Assembly: GCA_040260805.1 (NCBI GenBank)
Contig: JBDQPD010000105.1
Location: 1 to 12,439 of the forward strand
Source of the DNA: Myxococcota bacterium
Lineage (GTDB): Bacteria > Myxococcota > UBA4151
Direction: 5' to 3'
Length of the DNA stretch: 12,439 nt
Position numbers and translations under genes: made by a program. The notes beneath the pieces were generated by a model, which had not been told where the DNA came from, did not search any database, and worked only from the letters and a program-made list of their open reading frames with translations. Positions 1 to 6,333 of this stretch are shown in pieces; positions within the stretch are counted from its first letter, which is position 1, and each line of letters begins with the position of its first letter.

Positions 1-45
1 CGACAACAACGGTTCGAGTCGTTGCGTGTGGCTTCGCCCCCGTCC
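1..45 (+). repeat. Probable 3' end of DGR template repeat (TR), truncated by window edge
   Basis: GAC AAC AAC GGT followed by an A-poor tract (tcgagtcgttgcgtgtggcttcgcccc), resembling the 'NNGFR(V/C)V'-type terminus of TRs for C-type-lectin-fold targets. It lies directly upstream of the structured spacer and avd. The right boundary is approximate. Confidence 0.55.
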
Positions 46-60
46 GAGGCCCTCGACTGA

Positions 61-241
61 TTTCAGAAAATGGGTGCCAGAGCTTTTGTCGCCACGGCTG
101 CAAAAGGCGTTGCACGTCGAGGTTCACCAAAGGTCATCCCGGCCCGACTTTTGGTCGGGGCAAATTTGGGCAGGCTTTGCCCCTGCGCAGGGTCGAGCTC
201 GTAGGCTGTTCCGAGCGCTTGACCCTGCGCTCCTTCGGGAG
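61..241 (+). ncRNA. Structured DGR spacer RNA between TR and avd
   Basis: Inverted repeats: GTGC 74-77/GCAC 112-115 enclosing CTTTTG 83-88/CAAAAG 101-106 with apical GCCACGGC; CCCGAC 143-148/GTCGGG 154-159; 14-bp stem 185-198/217-230 (one G:U) around a GTAGG...CCGA loop; CTCC-TTCG-GGAG 230-241. Confidence 0.6.
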
Positions 242-246
242 TTGAA

Positions 247-588
247 ATGAACGAGTTGCAGGCGCTCGCGGTGTTGGAAAAATCCTACGCTATTAATCTT
301 TGGATGGTACGGCACAGCCTGCGCATGGTGCGTGGTTTGCGCTACACGCTGGGTCAGCGCATGCAAGACTCCGCTATGGGGCTATGCCTCGCATTGACGC
401 AGGCGCGCCATGCCAAGAGGGTGGACCGACCCTTGGCTCGCGCCGATACTCACTTGGATGAACTCCGTTTGTTGGTGCGGATGGCAACGGACCTTGGCGC
501 AATGTCCGAGCGTCAGCATGGCTATGTGAGCGAACACCTTGCCGATGTAGGTCGCCAGCTTGGTGGTTGGCGCAGGCAGTTGGCGTGA
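247..588 (+). CDS. avd: DGR accessory variability determinant Avd (four-helix bundle), 113 aa
   Basis: Motifs RYTLGQRM, LDELRLLVRMA.DL and C-terminal DVGRQLGGW (Avd consensus EIGRxLGGW). Basic, helical, correct size. SD GGAG at 238-241. Directly upstream of the RT. Confidence 0.92.
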   Translation: MNELQALAVLEKSYAINLWMVRHSLRMVRGLRYTLGQRMQDSAMGLCLALTQARHAKRVDRPLARADTHLDELRLLVRMATDLGAMSERQHGYVSEHLADVGRQLGGWRRQLA

Positions 589-1523
589 GACGTCACCGAG
601 GACTTCTGGACGAAGCGCTGGCTTGGAGCGCCCTGCTGGCGGCAGCTCGACGAGCGCGCCGGGGTAAGGCAGACCGACCCGAGGTCTTACGCTTTCACGC
701 CGCCGAAGCCGATCACTTGATTGAACTCAGAGATGCTCTGCGACAGGGCTCCTGGCGCCCCCAGCCGCCGAAGGTTTTCCATATTCAGACACCCAAGCCG
801 CGCTGGATCAGCGCAGCGCCCTATGCCGATCGCGTGGTGCACCAGATTTTATGTGCACCGCTTGAGCGACTACTCGAGAGCTATTTGCACCCCTTTTGTA
901 TGGCGAATCGCAAAGGCAAAGGCGTGGATGCTGCGCTTCGAGTGGCGCGTCGTGAAATGAGACGAAGCAGTCATGTGCTCTGCCTTGATGTGCAGGCTTA
1001 TTTTGGCTCGATTGATCACGGTGTTTTGAACCAGCAATTAGGGCGATTGATCAAAGATCAGCATTACATCGATTTGTTGTGCAGGGTCATTGATCAACCT
1101 GCTCCTATGGGACCGTCGATGTGGTTTGCGGGCGATGATTTGCTGACTGCATGCCGACCGCGTGGTTTGGCGATTGGCAACTTGACGAGCCAGCATTTTG
1201 GAAACCTTGTTCTGGCACCCATAGATCAAGCGTGCGCCACAGCCGGGCTGCGCTGGGTGCGGTATGTCGACGATGTGTTGGTCTTTGGTTCACGCCGAGA
1301 TTTGATCGAGCAGCGCAAAGTCCTTGAGTCGACACTGACGGCGTTACGACTGCGTCAGCACCCGAACAAAACGCGCATCCAGCCAACGACCGAGCCGCTC
1401 AAGTTTCTCGGCCTAATTCTGGAACAGACAGGTCGAGTTCGACCGCCTGGACGATCGATCCGTCGCTGGAGGGTTGTGCAAGGCAAGGGACTGCTCATGC
1501 GCAGCCGGTCGCCTATGGCTTAG
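585..1523 (+). CDS. DGR-type reverse transcriptase, ~312 aa
   Basis: ARRGK, PKPRWISAAPYADRVVHQ, RKGKG, LDVQAYFGSIDH, GLAIGNLTSQ, RYVDD, HPNKT, FLG motifs. Start placed at GTG 585, which overlaps the avd TGA (GTGA). The ORF track start at 567 is less likely. Confidence 0.95.
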   Translation: MRRHRGLLDEALAWSALLAAARRARRGKADRPEVLRFHAAEADHLIELRDALRQGSWRPQPPKVFHIQTPKPRWISAAPYADRVVHQILCAPLERLLESYLHPFCMANRKGKGVDAALRVARREMRRSSHVLCLDVQAYFGSIDHGVLNQQLGRLIKDQHYIDLLCRVIDQPAPMGPSMWFAGDDLLTACRPRGLAIGNLTSQHFGNLVLAPIDQACATAGLRWVRYVDDVLVFGSRRDLIEQRKVLESTLTALRLRQHPNKTRIQPTTEPLKFLGLILEQTGRVRPPGRSIRRWRVVQGKGLLMRSRSPMA

Positions 1524-1990
1524 CCTGCGAGCTCGCGCAGCTTAGCGAGCACGTCGTCGGCATGCCCTTTGACCCGCACCTTGGGCCAAGCAGCCGCAAG
1601 GTTGCCTTGCGGGTCCACCAAATAGGTGCTGCGCACGGTGCCCATGTAGGTGCGCCCGTAGTTCTTCTTTTCTTGCCAGGTGCCAAAGACGGCGTGGACC
1701 ACTTTGTCCTCGTCGGCGAGCAGCGGCACCGTGAGGCCTTGCTTGTCGCGAAAGTTGCACTGGCGGCGTACGCTGTCGGTTGAGCAGCCCCACACGGTGC
1801 AGTTGAGCGCATCAAACTCGCCCTTGAGGGCGCTAAAGTCCTTGCTCTCGATGGTGCAGCCCGGCGTGCTCGCCTTGGGGTAGAAAAACACCACCACCCA
1901 GTTGCCGGCTTCGGCGCTTAGGCTGCGGGTGTTCTCGTCGTCTGCGATGCAGGTAAAATCAGGGACGGGTTGTCCAACTTCAATGCTCAT
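1520..1990 (-). CDS. bcp: Peroxiredoxin Q / bacterioferritin comigratory protein, 156 aa
   Basis: FFYPKASTPGCT peroxidatic motif, KKNYG..YMG..RSTYLVD, and V.VKGHA C-terminus. SD GAGGAG. ATGA overlap with the upstream gene. Confidence 0.95.
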   Translation of the reverse strand: MSIEVGQPVPDFTCIADDENTRSLSAEAGNWVVVFFYPKASTPGCTIESKDFSALKGEFDALNCTVWGCSTDSVRRQCNFRDKQGLTVPLLADEDKVVHAVFGTWQEKKNYGRTYMGTVRSTYLVDPQGNLAAAWPKVRVKGHADDVLAKLRELAG

Positions 1991-2667
1991 GAGGACTCCT
2001 CTAGGCTGTTTTGCCAGCGGCGCACGCCGTTGAGCAGGGCGTCAGCGCTGCTCTGGACGTCGTTGGGCGCTTCGACTTTTTTGAGCCCGCGCACGACCTT
2101 GGCGACGTCACGCGTGGCGGTCTGCGCCGAGCGGACCACTGGGTCTTCGGGAGGCGGCGGCTTAAGCCCGAGCGCATCGCGCCCGGTCTGGTCGAGCTCG
2201 GCGGCTGCCATACGCCCAACTTTAATCCCCGTGGCGCCGGACTCAAAGACCTCTTTGTGGAGGTTCTGCGCCAGCTCGCCGCCGAGGACTTGTTGCTCCT
2301 CGCCGCGGGCTAAGAAGTTGACCGCGTTTAAGTCTGGGGTGGGGGTCTCGACCTGGATCGCCTCGTTGCGATCGAGCCAGCGCGGCTCGTGGCGCTGCAT
2401 ATAATAGGTGCTGCGCAGGAGTTTTTCGACCGTCGAGTAGCGCAGGCCCAGCTCTTTGGCGCAGAAGGTTTTAAAGTCAGAAAACCCCCACTCGCGGTAG
2501 GCTTTGCTGCGCTGCACCTTGAGCAAGGTCTGCCCTAAGACAGCCCAGCCCAGCTTAAAGGTGTGGGTCGCGTCGAGTACCTCTTTGTGCGCCGCGTCCA
2601 GGTTGCCGGCGTCGCGCTTTTGCGCCAGCCGCTGTAGGGTTTTGCTCTGCTCGAGATCGGCGCTCAC
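1987..2667 (-). CDS. Conserved hypothetical protein with predicted helix-turn-helix-like segment, 226 aa
   Basis: Long ORF with host-like codon use, GTGA overlap with the helicase stop, and SD GAGGAGG 6 nt upstream. Motif LG..L.KV....Y.EWGFSDF..FC.KELGL...T..KL recalls myxobacterial hypotheticals and DUF3102-like proteins (from memory). Confidence 0.85.
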   Translation of the reverse strand: MSADLEQSKTLQRLAQKRDAGNLDAAHKEVLDATHTFKLGWAVLGQTLLKVQRSKAYREWGFSDFKTFCAKELGLRYSTVEKLLRSTYYMQRHEPRWLDRNEAIQVETPTPDLNAVNFLARGEEQQVLGGELAQNLHKEVFESGATGIKVGRMAAAELDQTGRDALGLKPPPPEDPVVRSAQTATRDVAKVVRGLKKVEAPNDVQSSADALLNGVRRWQNSLEESS

Positions 2668-4091
2668 CGGCGTCCTCCTCGGCGGCCCCCGCCGCCACCA
2701 CCGCCGCCGCCACCGCGACGACCACCGCCGCCGCCGCGACGCTCGTCGTCGGACGCGGTGTTGGCTGCGGTCTGCTTTTTGGTGTGCTGGAACATCAGGT
2801 AGGCGACCGCCTGGACCCCATCGGGGCTCTCGGTCAGCGCTTCGGCGAGCTTCATGTACTGCTCAAGCGGAACGCCCGCGCTGGCGGCGGTGAGATCGTG
2901 GATCACTCGTTCGGCTTGGTTCTCGATAGCCTCGTCATTGTCCGGCATGTCTTTCTCCTCAAACTTTACATTATAACGTTGGGTGACCGTGCGGCGCAGC
3001 ACCTGCCCCGAGGGGGTCAGCAAGGTGGCGGCGACGCCTTTGCGGCCGATGCGACCGGTGCGTCCAGAGCGGTGCACATACACCTCGGCGTCGCGGCTAA
3101 ACTCGGTCGCGATCACCGCATCTAAGTTGCGAATATCAATGCCGCGTGCCGCCACGTCGGTGGCGACGAGCAGCTTGGAGCGCCCCTCACGGACCTTCTC
3201 GAGAGCCGCTTCGCGCTTGGCTTGGCTCATGTCACCGTGGATCGGCATGCAATCCCACATCTGGCGGCGCAAGAAGGCGCAGACCACGTCCACCTCATCC
3301 TTGCGGTTGCAAAAGATGATGGCGTTGGTCGGGGCGATGGTCTCGAGCATGCGCAGCAAGTTGCGGGTCATGCCCACCGACTTGTCGGTGCGGTATAGGT
3401 AATGCTCAACGCCCTCGACCGTGCGGGACTCGCCGCCCAAGTCGACGCGCTGGACGTCGCTCATAAAGGCTTTGGCGGCGCGCTCGATGCGCGGCGGCAA
3501 GGTCGCCGAGTACAAAAGAATCTGCCGCTCTTTGGGCAGCTTCTTGAGCACGCTGGTGACCTCTTCCCAAAAGCCCATCGAGAGCATCTCGTCGGCCTCG
3601 TCGAGCACCGCATGCTTGCACTTGGACAAGTCGATGTTGCGGCGCCTTAGGTGGTCGATCAGGCGACCTGGCGTGGCGACGATGATCTGCGTGCCGCGCT
3701 CTAGAGCGTCGATCTGAGGCTCAAAAGAGGTGCCGCCGTAGATCGGCGTGACCTCAAAGTCGTCTAAGCCTTTGGTCAGCCCTTTGAGCTCGCGACAGAT
3801 CTGCGAGCACAGCTCACGGGTCGGCGCGAGCATCAGCGCGTGCGGCTGGTTGGGGCGACGCTCGGCGTTGGTGAGCTGAGCGAGGACCGGTAAACAAAAG
3901 CCGGTGGTCTTGCCCGAGCCCGTTTTGCTCTGGACGACCAGGTCATGCCCTGAGCTCGCCGGTTCCCAGCATGCGCTCTGCACCGGGGTGGGGCCGCCAT
4001 AGCCCATGTTTTCAAGGCCGGTAAGAAGCACGTCGGGGACGCCGATATCGGCGAAGGTTCCCTCAATGCGATGGGTTTCATCGGAAGCCAA
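2664..4091 (-). CDS. DEAD-box RNA helicase with C-terminal RGG tail, ~475 aa
   Basis: Q motif GY..PTPVQ, SKTGSGKT, PTREL, GG, TPGRL, DEAD, SAT, FCNRK, TDVAARGID, HRSGRTGR. Start placed at TTG 4091 behind SD AAGGGGAG; GTG 4112 is the alternative. Confidence 0.96.
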   Translation of the reverse strand: MASDETHRIEGTFADIGVPDVLLTGLENMGYGGPTPVQSACWEPASSGHDLVVQSKTGSGKTTGFCLPVLAQLTNAERRPNQPHALMLAPTRELCSQICRELKGLTKGLDDFEVTPIYGGTSFEPQIDALERGTQIIVATPGRLIDHLRRRNIDLSKCKHAVLDEADEMLSMGFWEEVTSVLKKLPKERQILLYSATLPPRIERAAKAFMSDVQRVDLGGESRTVEGVEHYLYRTDKSVGMTRNLLRMLETIAPTNAIIFCNRKDEVDVVCAFLRRQMWDCMPIHGDMSQAKREAALEKVREGRSKLLVATDVAARGIDIRNLDAVIATEFSRDAEVYVHRSGRTGRIGRKGVAATLLTPSGQVLRRTVTQRYNVKFEEKDMPDNDEAIENQAERVIHDLTAASAGVPLEQYMKLAEALTESPDGVQAVAYLMFQHTKKQTAANTASDDERRGGGGGRRGGGGGGGGGGRRGGRR

Positions 4092-4240
4092 GGTGCTCCC
4101 CTTTGTAATCACTGCGCGAGGCAGCTAGCCCAGCAGCGTCTACAAGCCAAGACAATAGCCCTGCACAGGCTGATTCATCGCATCCGGCTTGACCCGGATT
4201 TGCTGCACCATGCACACTGTCGAGTCGCCGAGGAGAGCCT

Positions 4241-4882
4241 ATGGACCGCCGCCGTTTTGTCGCCACCACCAGCATCGGGGTCGCCGGTCTCGCCGTGGGC
4301 TGCGTCTCGACGGCGCCGGATGAGCCCAAGCCGACCGACGCAGAACAGGCACCGCTCGACGCCAGCGGCGCGGCTCCTGATACGGGCTCAACACCCGTCG
4401 ACGCCGGTAGCCAAGGGTGCTCGACCACTGGCGCCGACATCGAGGGACCGTACTATCGAGCTGGCGTTCCGGTGCGCTCGGAGCTGAATCTCTATGGCGA
4501 GGAGGGCGAAGCTCTAACCCTTCAGGGCGCCGTGACCGATGCGTCCTGCGCACCCATCGCGAACGCGGTGGTGGAGATTTGGCATGCCGACCCGCAGGGT
4601 GGCTACGACACCGTCTCCCAAGAAAAACGTTATTACGGCCAGGTAGCTACCGACGCCGAGGGCTTCTACGCCTTTAACACCTTGATGCCGGGTCGTTACC
4701 TCAACGGCGACGTCTACCGGCCGGCGCATATCCACATGAAGGTCTTTGTCGGCACACAAGAGCGCCTGACCACGCAGATCTATTTTGACGGCGACCCCTT
4801 CAGCGCCGGTGACGCCTTCTTTGAAGCCGAGCGCAGCGTGCCGGTCGAGCGAGGTACCGCTGTTTTTGCGGTGACCGTTTAG
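4241..4882 (+). CDS. Intradiol ring-cleavage dioxygenase-like protein with Tat signal and lipobox, 213 aa
   Basis: MDRRRFV twin-arginine motif and LAVGC lipobox. IEGPYY, VEIWHAD..G.Y, PGRY, RPAHIH, TTQIYF motifs give Tyr/Tyr/His/His iron ligands. SD GAGGAG upstream. Confidence 0.9.
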   Translation: MDRRRFVATTSIGVAGLAVGCVSTAPDEPKPTDAEQAPLDASGAAPDTGSTPVDAGSQGCSTTGADIEGPYYRAGVPVRSELNLYGEEGEALTLQGAVTDASCAPIANAVVEIWHADPQGGYDTVSQEKRYYGQVATDAEGFYAFNTLMPGRYLNGDVYRPAHIHMKVFVGTQERLTTQIYFDGDPFSAGDAFFEAERSVPVERGTAVFAVTV

Positions 4883-5010
4883 ACCGCCACCCGGCGCGCC
4901 AGGGGCGAAGGCTCCCAGCGCGAGCGCTCGCGAGCGGCCGCGAGAGGTGGCTAGCTTACCAAGCCCAAACCGGCTACACCCCCATTTATACCTGGCTAGG
5001 AAGGGCGCGC

Positions 5011-6333
5011 ATGAGAACCCGCACGCTACTGACCACGACGTGTTTGCTGTTGTTCGCTGCTTGCGAAGAGGAACAACTGCGAGCCATCCCCCCGGCAACG
5101 ATCCAAGCGGACACCTTCCGCCAAAAAGAGAGCTCCAAAGTCGACGTGCTTTGGGTGGTCGACAACTCGCAGTCGATGACGCCGATTCAAGGCCGCCTCG
5201 CCGACCGCTTTGTCGCCTTCTTTGCCCAGCTCATGGACAGCCAGGTCGACTACCACATCGGCGTGGTCACCACCGACGTCCCCGAGGAGCAAGGTAAGCT
5301 TCGAGAGTACGGCGAAGACGTGAACAACCCAGAGCGCCCGCACGGGGAGCCGCTGCCCAACTGCGGCGGCAACTGCCGCTACATCAGCCGCAACATCAGC
5401 TGCGACAACATCGAGCGCACCAACAGCTGCCACGCCCGCAAGGTCTTTGAGAACATGATCCACGTCGGCAACACCGGCGCCAACTACGAGCAAGGCCTGA
5501 TGGCCGCTGCCTTGGCGCTTGGCTTGACCAACGACGCCGAGGGCACCCCGGTGCCGGTACCCGCAGAAAACGAAGGCTTCTTGCGCACCGACGCCGACCT
5601 GCACGTGATCTTTGTCTCCGACGAAGACGACTTCTCGCATGGTCGAGAGGCCTACTGGGCGTCGCGTTACTACACGCGCTTGCTCGAGGGCTCGAAGGGC
5701 CCTGGCAACGAGAACAAGGTCACCATCTCGGCGATCGTCGGCGACCCCAAGGCGCCTGACGGCTTAGAGTCGATCGATCTGTGCGCCCACTGGCGCGACG
5801 AGGGCGCCAACTCGGGCATTGATTTCCGTTTGGGGCCGCAAAACGATCGGCGCGGCTGCGAGGACAACAACGACCCGGATCGAGCCAACGTGGCTCGGGT
5901 CGGGACCAAATACCTCGAGGTCGCCTGCAACAGCGGCGGCGTCTTCGCCTCGATCTGCGACGGCGACTACTCGGTCACGCTAGACACCCTCGGCGCCAAC
6001 GCCGCAGGCCTTCGCCGGTACTTCCGCTTGAGCCGCCCCGAAGAGATGGAGCTTGGCTGTGACGACGAGCTCGGCTCGGGTGATGACCCCTTCATCGAGT
6101 GCGGCACCCGCGACGCCCCGGAGCATGGGCAGCCCCTGTGCGTGTTGGCGGTCGACATTAATGACGTCCCGGCAGGGCCGGTCCCGGTCGCTCGAGATGG
6201 CGCCACCGGCTACACCTTTGATCAGGTCAACAAAGCGATCCGCTTTAACGGACAGTTTGTCCCGGCGCCTGACACCGAGGTGTCGGTCACGTACAAGCTC
6301 AAGAGCTCCTTTAGGAGTTGTGGAAGCCAATGA
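5011..6333 (+). CDS. vWA-domain lipoprotein, 440 aa
   Basis: Lipobox LFAAC. MIDAS-type VDVLWVVDNSQSM (DxSxS), IGVVTTD, EQGL and VIFVSDEDD. Several paired Cys and a beta-rich C-terminal domain. Confidence 0.88.
   Translation: MRTRTLLTTTCLLLFAACEEEQLRAIPPATIQADTFRQKESSKVDVLWVVDNSQSMTPIQGRLADRFVAFFAQLMDSQVDYHIGVVTTDVPEEQGKLREYGEDVNNPERPHGEPLPNCGGNCRYISRNISCDNIERTNSCHARKVFENMIHVGNTGANYEQGLMAAALALGLTNDAEGTPVPVPAENEGFLRTDADLHVIFVSDEDDFSHGREAYWASRYYTRLLEGSKGPGNENKVTISAIVGDPKAPDGLESIDLCAHWRDEGANSGIDFRLGPQNDRRGCEDNNDPDRANVARVGTKYLEVACNSGGVFASICDGDYSVTLDTLGANAAGLRRYFRLSRPEEMELGCDDELGSGDDPFIECGTRDAPEHGQPLCVLAVDINDVPAGPVPVARDGATGYTFDQVNKAIRFNGQFVPAPDTEVSVTYKLKSSFRSCGSQ

Larger units (their letters stand above)
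1..1523 (+). mobile_element. Diversity-generating retroelement core (TR 3' end - spacer - avd - RT); 5' part lies outside the window
   Basis: Adjacent Avd-like gene and RT with the DGR-diagnostic IGNLTSQ motif, preceded by an AAC-containing non-coding segment and multiple hairpins. Coding regions look less GC3-biased by eye than the flanking genes. Confidence 0.9.

Noticed and set aside
26..250. 74-aa ORF upstream of avd
   Set aside because: It overlies the TR end and hairpin-rich spacer, has no SD and no recognisable motif. It is probably non-coding, although its TGA does overlap the avd ATG.
585..1523. RT as group II intron maturase, retron or CRISPR-associated RT
   Set aside because: It has IGNLTSQ rather than PQG...SP, no retron VTG motif, no X/endonuclease domain, no cas genes, and an adjacent Avd.
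5863..5872. GACAACAACG identical to positions 2-11, a possible VR inside the vWA gene
   Set aside because: The match is only 10 nt, and downstream sequence differs at non-adenine TR positions. It is mid-gene and consistent with chance (D-N-N codons).
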